Of a DNA stretch of 64,000 nucleotides, positions 1-7,766 are shown piece after piece. This stretch comes from an uncultured Pseudomonadota bacterium. GTDB lineage: Bacteria > Pseudomonadota > Alphaproteobacteria > Rs-D84. Made by a program: the position numbers and the translations under genes. Location: contig CALABO010000016.1 of NCBI GenBank assembly GCA_937885575.1, forward strand, positions 4,392 to 68,391. Reading direction: 5' to 3'. Each line of letters begins with the position of its first letter. Within the stretch, counting starts at the first letter, position 1. The notes below the pieces were generated by a model. It saw only the letters and a program-made list of their open reading frames with translations. It searched no databases and was not told the DNA's origin.

Positions 1-499
1 TCCAATCACTATCAATATCGGAATTTACATTACGACTTTTGTATTTTGCATCGATATTTTTTCTGACACGTGTCATGTGATGCATAAATATATTTTCCAA
101 TACATAATGCTTTTGTTTTATAAAACTATGAATCATTTGACGGGTGGGATCACACAAGCAAGGTGCCTTCTTATTATTTCCGCACTTTGTCCATTTATTT
201 ATTTTGCGAAAAAATGGCACATAATATTCCCATTTACGTCTGTCGTAACGCATCGTCGGCGATGTGCCATAATTAAGAATATGAACATACGAATGTGTAA
301 TTTTATTCTGTAATATTTGTTTTTTAGCACTTTCTATGGCGAAACCGTCATAAAATTCATCAGAATCCAGAAACATAAAATAATTAACTTTCGCTTTTTT
401 TGCCATATTTAAACCCACAGTACGTTTTAATATTTCCTGTTGTTGTCTGGTTTTATTTGGTACATTTTGATACTCTTGTATTTCGTCTATTAACCCCAT
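1..499 (-). CDS. Glycosyltransferase-like protein, 3'-truncated by the window edge (ATG at 499..497; frame stays open to position 1)
   Basis: Hand translation of the minus strand gives MGLIDEIQEYQNVPNKTRQQQEILKRTVGLNMAKKAKVNYFMFLDSDEFYDGFAIE... with no stop before the window start. The YFMFLDSDEF motif resembles the DxD region of GT2-type transferases. The region is AT-rich (about 30% GC). Confidence 0.45.
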   Translation of the reverse strand, partial: MGLIDEIQEYQNVPNKTRQQQEILKRTVGLNMAKKAKVNYFMFLDSDEFYDGFAIESAKKQILQNKITHSYVHILNYGTSPTMRYDRRKWEYYVPFFRKINKWTKCGNNKKAPCLCDPTRQMIHSFIKQKHYVLENIFMHHMTRVRKNIDAKYKSRNVNSDIDSDW

Positions 500-665
500 A
501 TGTTGATATTGCTTTAATATTTTTATTTCCATAAATCCCTGTATAGGACATGGTTGAATATACCACATTAATATAATCCACATAAGGCCGTATTGATTTT
601 AGGCACGATAACAATAACTCTTCCCCATCATATAAAATTATACTGACACCAAATTTATTTCGCAT
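453..665 (-). pseudogene. Glycosyltransferase family 2 N-terminal fragment (70 aa), probably the frameshifted 5' part of the 1..499 gene
   Basis: VSIILYDGEELLLSCLKSIRPYVDYINVVYS matches the GT2 N-terminal consensus. The frame ends at 453 while a second frame (ATG at 499) continues with the expected downstream GT2 motifs, so the two overlap at 453..509 in different frames. Confidence 0.35.
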
Positions 666-1728
666 TGCATTCTTCCCCTATATCGCACATTAAATTATCA
701 AGATTTTTGTATAAATCATACCTTTCAACAGCAATTTTTCTCAATTGTTCGACATCTTTTAAAACAGCAGGATAACCGTTAATTAAATCGTCTATAATGC
801 TTTTTGCATCAAGATTTTTTATCAAACTATTATCAAAATCTTTATTACTAATAGGTTTTTTGCGCCCGGAATAATTCATTTTTTCCATATCAGCCCAGTT
901 GTCCAAAGTTATATATCCTGGCCCACCAAATCTGTCGTAACAGAAAACAGGTATTCCCAAACAAAGTGCGTATTGTACAGTCCTGCCTATGGATATAATA
1001 ACATCAAAATCTAATAAATCATCGGGCGTTATCTTTTTTGAATTTTCAGATTGTATACCGAAAAAAGTTATATCCAAGCCAGCTGTCAACGCATGTTTGT
1101 GGAAGTCAGAACCCGGTAAAAAAACACCATGATTACTTACCACAGCAACTTTTTTTAGGTTTTTATTGTACGATAATTTTCTATTCTTTATAAATTCTGG
1201 GGCAACAGAATTATTAAATATATCTAATTGATAATTTGATACCTCGGCACTGCGAATTTTGGCGGTTTCCCAAGAATTACAATATATTTTTGTAAATTTA
1301 TCATAATACGCTGGAATCCTTTCCGCATTATCATATGGGGATAATGAAAAATATACTATTTTATCCCCGGTTATACGTCTTGATTTCATAATAGTATCAA
1401 AGACATCACAATGCAAACCCATCATTAAATCAGCACGAATTTTTGGAAGCACCCAACGTTTCTTGATATTGATGACTTTTACATTTTTACTGTTGCACAT
1501 AGATTGCACAACTTTTTTATCTTTATGAAATGTGAAAATATATACTTTGTAGCCCAAATTTGCGAAATACATCGCAAATTCAGATACAACAAATACACTG
1601 CCACTGTAATTGTTCATATATAATGCCGTCAATACAACAGTTTTTTGTTTGCTCATAATACGCGTCCCATAAATTTTATTCATTTTGACATTTTGATAAA
1701 AGCAGTTTCGCAACAGGTATTTTATCAA
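655..1728 (-). CDS. Putative polysaccharide/LPS biosynthesis glycosyltransferase (357 aa)
   Basis: Long ORF in the AT-rich polysaccharide cluster. I cannot assign a specific family from sequence alone. Confidence 0.5.
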   Translation of the reverse strand: MIKYLLRNCFYQNVKMNKIYGTRIMSKQKTVVLTALYMNNYSGSVFVVSEFAMYFANLGYKVYIFTFHKDKKVVQSMCNSKNVKVINIKKRWVLPKIRADLMMGLHCDVFDTIMKSRRITGDKIVYFSLSPYDNAERIPAYYDKFTKIYCNSWETAKIRSAEVSNYQLDIFNNSVAPEFIKNRKLSYNKNLKKVAVVSNHGVFLPGSDFHKHALTAGLDITFFGIQSENSKKITPDDLLDFDVIISIGRTVQYALCLGIPVFCYDRFGGPGYITLDNWADMEKMNYSGRKKPISNKDFDNSLIKNLDAKSIIDDLINGYPAVLKDVEQLRKIAVERYDLYKNLDNLMCDIGEECNAK

Positions 1729-2620
1729 AAATATATGCTTTATATGAAACCGTATCGCGACAGCATTCGATTTTCCTGTACACCGTGATAATGGGTATTG
1801 ACAACAATGTAAACCTATAATACTTTTCGTATTTTTGTTGCGGTTGTGTTTTTATTAAGACTACGTCAGGACATGCTCGTTTTGCACAATTATAAATTTT
1901 ATAAACTAATTCATCAGATGTATACTGTAACAAATACACCAAACTAGGTAACCTATTCAATGCAGGTTTTTTTATAAATGGAATCATATGTTCTAAGATT
2001 GTATTAGGGTACTGATAAACTGTATGCGGATCATTTTTATGATGATTAAAATATGCCGACATCTGAAACCCATTTTGCAATAGTATGCGGGACAATCCGA
2101 CTTCGTACTTTAATATAATTTCATCTTTGGTTTCACAATGTTTGATATTTTGCATAAAATCGTAAATAATTTTAGACGTTGCGACATGTGCCGACAATCC
2201 AATAAACCAAGATTGTATGTGCTTTGCCGTATTCTTATCAAAGAAATCCGTCATTCCTATAAAATCTGCCCCCCGCGATTCTAAATCACGCAACAGGGGT
2301 TCAACATTAAATAACGGCCCATACACAGAATCATTTACTAAATATATCCAATCATATTTACTTAAAATCTTATTATCATAAGCCCACATATATCCACGTT
2401 TATAAGACCCAAAATCATATTCACTATGGCGCGATAATTCATAATGCAATAAATTTTTTACACTTTTCAATTTACTATCATCTGCGACATCGCAATCCAT
2501 GAACAACACAATATCACCCAGTTTTGATATTTCTGTTAAATAGTGCAATAAAGTATCATCCAAAATTCCGTCTTTGTCATATCCAGCAAACAGGAACAGG
2601 CGTTTTGTTTGTTTTTTCAT
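1676..2620 (-). CDS. Polysaccharide biosynthesis protein, rhamnan-synthesis-F/WbsX-like (314 aa)
   Basis: LFLFAGYDKDGILDD... N-terminus and overall layout resemble RgpF-type glycosyltransferases. Overlaps the previous gene by about 50 nt; AT-rich. Confidence 0.45.
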   Translation of the reverse strand: MKKQTKRLFLFAGYDKDGILDDTLLHYLTEISKLGDIVLFMDCDVADDSKLKSVKNLLHYELSRHSEYDFGSYKRGYMWAYDNKILSKYDWIYLVNDSVYGPLFNVEPLLRDLESRGADFIGMTDFFDKNTAKHIQSWFIGLSAHVATSKIIYDFMQNIKHCETKDEIILKYEVGLSRILLQNGFQMSAYFNHHKNDPHTVYQYPNTILEHMIPFIKKPALNRLPSLVYLLQYTSDELVYKIYNCAKRACPDVVLIKTQPQQKYEKYYRFTLLSIPIITVYRKIECCRDTVSYKAYIFDKIPVAKLLLSKCQNE

Positions 2621-2626
2621 ATTTAA

Positions 2627-3502
2627 CTATCTCCACTTAATTTTTATGACCGGTATAAATTCGAATAGATATATCACGTTATTTTTGATTTTTAATAATG
2701 GAATAACACCGAATAACCGCAATCTGAAACGCGTATGTTGGTTTGATTTTAACAATTCGCTATATAACATCGGGTGTTGGTCACGGATCTCCATACATAT
2801 TGCATCATGCATAAGATTCATATGCCGACCACTGGTTACCGATGTTTGTTTTTTAAATGTCCGATATTTAACCAACACGTCTTGGATATTATAAAGATGT
2901 GTAATCTCCATCAATCGCGCCCAAAGACGGTAATCTTCGGCGGGGGTATAGAATGCTTCATATTCAATATCGTTTTCAACCAAAACAGATTTTCGTATCA
3001 TTGCGGCCGTGTGCGCGACACAACAATCTTGTGTTAAAAAGATCCTTATATCTAAATCATATTCCGGATTTCTTAGTATTTTGTCTTCAGAACCAAAATA
3101 TTGTAGCCATCCGCTAACCACACCAATATCCGGATTTGCGTCCAAAAACGCGACTTCTTGTTCCAACCGTGTTGGCAACGAAATATCATCATGATCAAAA
3201 ATCGCAACATATTCACCATGCGCCATTTTTAGCAATTTATTCCGTGATGCAGAAATCCCAATGTTTTTGTCATTTTTAGAATATATAATCCTATCATCTT
3301 TATACGACTTAACAATTTTATCCAATTCTGTATTTTCCGGTGAATCGTTCAAAATCAAAAATTCAAAATTCGTAAAGGTTTGGTTTAAGATACTTTCTAT
3401 GCATTCGCGCAAATGCCGGGGATTCGTATTATAAATTGGCGTTAAAACAGATACTTTTGGTGTTTTCGCAGACATTTTGCTTTTCCTGTGGTTAGATTGC
3501 AC
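2627..3502 (-). CDS. Glycosyltransferase family 2 (291 aa)
   Basis: VSVLTPIYNTNPRHLRECIESILNQTFTNFEFLILNDSPEN ... YVAIFDHDDIS is the classic GT2 N-terminal and DxD signature. An alternative start is MSAKTPK at 3475. Confidence 0.75.
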   Translation of the reverse strand: MQSNHRKSKMSAKTPKVSVLTPIYNTNPRHLRECIESILNQTFTNFEFLILNDSPENTELDKIVKSYKDDRIIYSKNDKNIGISASRNKLLKMAHGEYVAIFDHDDISLPTRLEQEVAFLDANPDIGVVSGWLQYFGSEDKILRNPEYDLDIRIFLTQDCCVAHTAAMIRKSVLVENDIEYEAFYTPAEDYRLWARLMEITHLYNIQDVLVKYRTFKKQTSVTSGRHMNLMHDAICMEIRDQHPMLYSELLKSNQHTRFRLRLFGVIPLLKIKNNVIYLFEFIPVIKIKWR

Positions 3503-3559
3503 AAGCGTCGTTTAAAAAAACCGTACGACTGCTTACCACAATCGCACGGCTATATATCT

Positions 3560-3635
3560 TGGCTCCGGCAGTTGGGCTCGAACCAACGACACCTTGATTA
3601 ACAGTCAAGTGCTCTACCGACTGAGCTATGCCGGA
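3560..3635 (-). tRNA. tRNA-Asn (anticodon GTT)
   Basis: Reverse complement reads tccggcatagctcagtcggtagagcac...gactGTTaatc...ggttcgagcccaactgccggagcca: a cloverleaf with a 7-bp acceptor stem, GTT anticodon and encoded CCA. Confidence 0.85.
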
Positions 3636-3701
3636 ACGACGGGGTATATGCTATACCTGTTTTATTTACAAGTCAAGTGTTTTTATGTGGTGTGGCTAAA
3701 A

Positions 3702-3941
3702 TCACCGCTTGTCCTTTGGCATGAATTTCTCCGCAAATTCCGCAAGGCCGAATCCGGTGGCGTTCAGGACCTTGGCCAAACTGCATGTGGTCGGCCAACG
3801 TTTTTCACCAAAACGATTGATGCGTTTGCTTTTGTTAAATGTTGTCGCGTTCAACCCCGCAAGTTTTGCGAGCCCCGAACATGATAAATTCAGCCATTTC
3901 GCAAGGTTTATGATTGCTTCCCACAACTGATCGTTCGTCAT
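3702..3941 (-). CDS. Phage CI-type repressor-like helix-turn-helix protein (79 aa)
   Basis: LSCSGLAKLAGLNATTFNKSKRINRFGEKRWPTTCSLAKVLNATGFGLAEF resembles the Phage_CI_repr N-terminal HTH domain. Divergent from the endolysin gene. Confidence 0.55.
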   Translation of the reverse strand: MTNDQLWEAIINLAKWLNLSCSGLAKLAGLNATTFNKSKRINRFGEKRWPTTCSLAKVLNATGFGLAEFAEKFMPKDKR

Positions 3942-4170
3942 TTTTTCTCCTTTTATTCTTATGACGAATCGATTATAACATAAATAAGAAAATATTCAAT
4001 CGATTCTATTTTTAAGAGAATATTGTTCTTGTTTTTTGGAATTTATTTATAATTTGATTTTTATTTTGGTTTGTGTTACAATATACGCGTGACGCAAATG
4101 TTACGACTCCTTTATTCCGCGTTTTTGCGCGGGATTTTTTTAACTTTTTTTCAATCCAAAGGATTTTTAT

Positions 4171-4668
4171 ATGAACATAAGTGATAATGGTATTCGCACA
4201 TTGAAACTGTGCGAAGGTTCGGTAATGCGCAACGGTCGGCATGTTATATACGATGATAAAAACGGGTTGCCCGTTGCGGCAAACGCGCGGTTGCCCGCCG
4301 GCGCAACGATTGGATACGGGCATTTGATTAAACCGGGCGAAGATTTTCGCGGTGGCATTGACGAAGACGCGGCGACGGAACTTTTGCGTGCGGATTTGGC
4401 GGCGGCGGAACGCGCGGTTTGCGACGCGATTACGGTGGGATTGCAACAGAATCAATTTGATGCGCTGGTTATGCTGTGCTTTAATATCGGTGCGCGGAAC
4501 TTTGCAAATTCGACGGTTGTGAAATACATAAACAACCCGAAATTCAAAAGTGGGCGATACCCGACACTCGCCGCCGCATGGTGCGCATGGAATCGAACCG
4601 GCGGCCACGTGAGTGCGGGCCTTATTCGCCGACGTGGAATCGAATGGGAATTGTTTAATCAAACCTAA
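4171..4668 (+). CDS. Phage-type lysozyme/endolysin, GH24 (P22 gp19 / lambda R-like), 165 aa
   Basis: ISDNGIRTLKLCEG...TIGYGH...LLRADLAAAERAV...LQQNQFDALVMLCFNIGARNF...GLIRRRGIEWELF aligns motif-for-motif with P22 gp19 lysozyme. No signal peptide and no holin nearby. Confidence 0.8.
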   Translation: MNISDNGIRTLKLCEGSVMRNGRHVIYDDKNGLPVAANARLPAGATIGYGHLIKPGEDFRGGIDEDAATELLRADLAAAERAVCDAITVGLQQNQFDALVMLCFNIGARNFANSTVVKYINNPKFKSGRYPTLAAAWCAWNRTGGHVSAGLIRRRGIEWELFNQT

Positions 4669-5213
4669 CGACAACGCGGAATGTCTTTCAATGTTTTTGC
4701 AATTCTATCTTTTTCCGAAGCGATTACTTTATCCGCCGGAATCCGCCAATCAATGCCGATTTCTGGATCATCATAGCGAATACCGAATTCGGATCCTGGG
4801 TTATACAAATTATCCACTTTATATGCAAATATCGCCGTATCGCTAAGCACAGAAAAACCATGTAAAAAATGCCGCGGAATAAATAATTGAAATTGATTTT
4901 CATCGGATAACTCGTATGCGACATATTTTCCAAAGGTTGGCGACCCACGGCGTATATCAACCGCAACATCTAAAACCCGGCCTTGTAATACACGCACCAA
5001 CTTTGCCTGGGAATAGCGGCCCAACTGGCAATGCAAACCACGGATAACACCATAGGTAGATTTTGACTGATTATCTTGAACAAAATTATTTTTTATACCT
5101 TTTTTAACGAATTCCGCCCTGTTGTAACTTTCAAAGAAATAACCCCGGGAATCAGTAAAAATTTTTGGTTTTATAAGATAAACGCCTTTTATCGAGGTTT
5201 CGTGAAATTCCAT
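4665..5213 (-). CDS. rmlC: dTDP-4-dehydrorhamnose 3,5-epimerase
   Basis: Cupin RmlC signature (GLHCQLGRYSQAKLVRVLQGRVLDVAVDIRRGSPTFGKYV ... FIPRHFLHGF), 182 aa. Confidence 0.85.
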   Translation of the reverse strand: MEFHETSIKGVYLIKPKIFTDSRGYFFESYNRAEFVKKGIKNNFVQDNQSKSTYGVIRGLHCQLGRYSQAKLVRVLQGRVLDVAVDIRRGSPTFGKYVAYELSDENQFQLFIPRHFLHGFSVLSDTAIFAYKVDNLYNPGSEFGIRYDDPEIGIDWRIPADKVIASEKDRIAKTLKDIPRCR

Positions 5214-5338
5214 ATTGAATCCTTTTGTTGTATTGCAACGGAATCATAGAACATTGGAAACACAAAAATCAAGTGTCATCAACAAATTGATTTTCTGTTA
5301 TGTTTGTGATAAAGTTTCTGCCAAGAAAGGGGGCGCGA

Positions 5339-5575
5339 ATGAAATACACAAAAGGATTTGGCACTTTTACCACCGAACAAATGAGCATACTTGAAACACT
5401 GCAAGAAATCGAAGATGTTGTCACGATTGCCAAGATAGAGGCACCAAAAGGAAATGTGAAATTGGCGGTGACGAACCTGGACGCGGCGCTAAGTTATATT
5501 GAACACATGCGGCGAAAGGTTGAAATCGCCATGAAACATGTTCCGGAGGCAACACAAGAAAAATATTTCCTGTGA
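5339..5575 (+). CDS. Hypothetical protein (78 aa from MKYTKG; the track ORF starts at 5300)
   Basis: AAGGGGG RBS 6 nt before the ATG at 5339; no recognisable domain. Confidence 0.4.
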   Translation: MKYTKGFGTFTTEQMSILETLQEIEDVVTIAKIEAPKGNVKLAVTNLDAALSYIEHMRRKVEIAMKHVPEATQEKYFL

Positions 5576-5634
5576 CGGCAAAAATACCTTGATTTTTTGA
5601 CTTTTGGTCTGTTATAATCATCGCACACACCTGC

Positions 5635-5723
5635 GGAGCGTTGGCAGAGTGGTAATGCAGCGGATTGCTAATCCGTGACCGTGTTATAGCGGTCCATAGG
5701 TTCGAGTCCTATACGCTCCGCCA
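5635..5723 (+). tRNA. tRNA-Ser (anticodon GCT), type II with long variable arm
   Basis: ggagcgttggcagagtggtaatgcagcggattGCTaatccgt-[variable arm]-ggttcgagtcctatacgctccgcca; CCA encoded. Confidence 0.85.
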
Positions 5724-5746
5724 TTTTTTATGCCCCGCAAGGGGTA

Positions 5747-5900
5747 TTAAAAATGGCGGAAAGATGGTCACGAGAACCGTATAGGTTCGACACGGAGCAG
5801 ATTTGATAAGCATAGCGTAATCAAATCGTTGCGAGTGGAGAGGGGGATCCCCGCCGCGATAGCGGAAGGGGAGTCCAATCCTATACGCTCCGCCATCCGT
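5747..5900 (+). repeat. Degenerate copies of the tRNA-Ser(GCT) T-arm and 3' acceptor end downstream of the tRNA
   Basis: 5771..5800 contains ataggttcga, matching the T-arm. 5872..5898 ggagtccaatcctatacgctccgccat matches tcctatacgctccgccat of the tRNA 3' end (18/18), with a 5-bp duplication. Confidence 0.6.
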
Positions 5901-5991
5901 CTTTGCCGAAGGCAAAGCCGCGATTGGGTGTCGCGCCGTAACCTTGGCGCTTGTGCCACAAAGCCTTAGCGAAGTGGCGAAGGCGGGCTTT

Positions 5992-6234
5992 TTACAACAA
6001 CTCTTCTAAAAATCTTAAAATTTCACGATTATTAAAATCCAATGCACGCAAGATTCGTATCAAATCCATAATATCCAAACGGCGTTCGCATGTTTCCGCG
6101 CGCCCAACAAAACAATGCGCAACATTCAGTTTTTTTGCCAAATCACGCTGGGTCAACCCCTGTTGCACGCGCAAAGACCTTAGCGAATTTATCATTGCGC
6201 GGTATTTCGGGTCAAAAATTGTTTTCCTGGTCAT
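5992..6234 (-). CDS. XRE-family helix-turn-helix transcriptional regulator (80 aa)
   Basis: QQGLTQRDLAKKLNVAHCFVGRAETCERRLDIMDLIRILRAL is a typical XRE/Cro HTH. Confidence 0.7.
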   Translation of the reverse strand: MTRKTIFDPKYRAMINSLRSLRVQQGLTQRDLAKKLNVAHCFVGRAETCERRLDIMDLIRILRALDFNNREILRFLEELL

Positions 6235-6319
6235 GATATCATTTTGATATCAAAAAATACTTGAACTCAAATTGAGAACAAAGTAGAATGTTTTCCGGAC
6301 AAAAACAAAGAAGTTTCCG

Positions 6320-6526
6320 ATGCAAGAAAAATTAAAAACAAAAATATCGCCAGATATAATAGATTTGGCGTATCACATTATAGACTGGTTATATTTTTGC
6401 CCCAGAAGCCACTATAACGAAATACCCTTTTTCAAAAGCGACTTATTGAAAGTTATGAACGGGTTAAGGCAGAAAAAAGTTGCCACAAAAATTCATAAAG
6501 ACATCGAACAACGCGAACATATGTGA
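6320..6526 (+). CDS. Small hypothetical protein (68 aa)
   Basis: ORF only; AT-rich and no clear RBS. Confidence 0.25.
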   Translation: MQEKLKTKISPDIIDLAYHIIDWLYFCPRSHYNEIPFFKSDLLKVMNGLRQKKVATKIHKDIEQREHM

Positions 6527-6538
6527 TAGGAGATAAAA

Positions 6539-7756
6539 ATGAAAAAAATATTCTTTACTACATTTTGTGTGTTCTTGTTTCATCCAACACTGGCGGATAC
6601 ACTGACCCTTGCTGCGTATGACCCTACATATTATGCAATTATCTACGATTTAAACACAACAGTTGGTCGTGCGGGGATACTTACAGGGGTTTCGGATATT
6701 TACTATTATTATGAACCTTTTTCTGGAAATTTAACGCTTACTCAAACAGAGTGGTTATCTGATGGCCTTGGGGACGAAGTCCCAGCGGATTATGATTCTA
6801 CATTTCATTATACCGGCGTCACATTTAACAATATGTACTATGTTTTGGAAGGTACGATTAGGGATATTGATATAGAAAATTTAAGGAACCAATTTATTGA
6901 ATACCAATTAACATACAGCCAACCTCAAATAAAAACAGTTCATTCTCTTCGGTATATTTTATTACAACAAGACACGAATATCATGAATTTGACGCTTAAC
7001 CGGCTACATAATCACAATGGTAAAAACAAAAATGCATTTGGAATATGGGGACAAACATTATACAATTATTCTAAATATACCGGTGAAACAGGATTTTCTA
7101 GCGGTGCTTTTGGTGTCGCATTCGGGTTTGATAACAAGATAACAAATTCTTTTGTATATGGAATTGGTTATAATTACAATTCAACCAGTATCCAAAACGT
7201 TAGTGCCGGTAATAACATTTTGTTTGCCTATGGACAATATCACCTAAACTATTTATTCATAGATGCAACTGTTGGTTATAATACCGGTGATTATGATATG
7301 GATGATAATGTAAAAGGGAAAACAAACAGTTATTTTGGGGACTTTACTTTAACTTATGAAAATGATTATAACATTATGCCGTCTGTTGGCTTACGGTATA
7401 TACATAATACAATTTCACCAGATAATAAAAACATCAATAAATATGACACAAATTTAATGATGTTTGTTTCTGGGCTTGCATACGATTATCAATCCAGCAA
7501 TGATGGATTACATCTAAAAGCCAGTTTTAGTTTAACTTACGATATCGCAAAATCCAACAAGGATATTATTATAAATATTCCAGAAGTAAACTATACACTC
7601 GGATTAAACGAAACCATATCGCCACTCGGTTTAGAAGCGGGTGTCCTTGTGAATTTACCTATCGGACGGACAAACCTGTCAATTGAATATGATATCGGGG
7701 CGCGTTCAAACTATATCAGTCATACGGGCTCGTTGCGTTTAGCGTATAAATTTTAA
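6539..7756 (+). CDS. Outer-membrane beta-barrel protein (autotransporter beta-domain-like), 405 aa
   Basis: Sec signal peptide (MKKIFFTTFCVFLFHPTLA), alternating amphipathic Tyr/Gly-rich segments, C-terminal ...LRLAYKF ending in Phe as in OMP barrels. GGAGAT RBS. AT-rich. Confidence 0.6.
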   Translation: MKKIFFTTFCVFLFHPTLADTLTLAAYDPTYYAIIYDLNTTVGRAGILTGVSDIYYYYEPFSGNLTLTQTEWLSDGLGDEVPADYDSTFHYTGVTFNNMYYVLEGTIRDIDIENLRNQFIEYQLTYSQPQIKTVHSLRYILLQQDTNIMNLTLNRLHNHNGKNKNAFGIWGQTLYNYSKYTGETGFSSGAFGVAFGFDNKITNSFVYGIGYNYNSTSIQNVSAGNNILFAYGQYHLNYLFIDATVGYNTGDYDMDDNVKGKTNSYFGDFTLTYENDYNIMPSVGLRYIHNTISPDNKNINKYDTNLMMFVSGLAYDYQSSNDGLHLKASFSLTYDIAKSNKDIIINIPEVNYTLGLNETISPLGLEAGVLVNLPIGRTNLSIEYDIGARSNYISHTGSLRLAYKF

Positions 7757-7766
7757 TGGTGGTTGC

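Noticed and set aside
4118-4145. Hairpin ccgcg-ttttt-gcgcgg plus T-tract upstream of the endolysin gene, as a terminator
   Set aside because: No plus-strand gene lies upstream to terminate. It is more likely a regulatory hairpin or a chance palindrome, and is mentioned only in the lysin finding.
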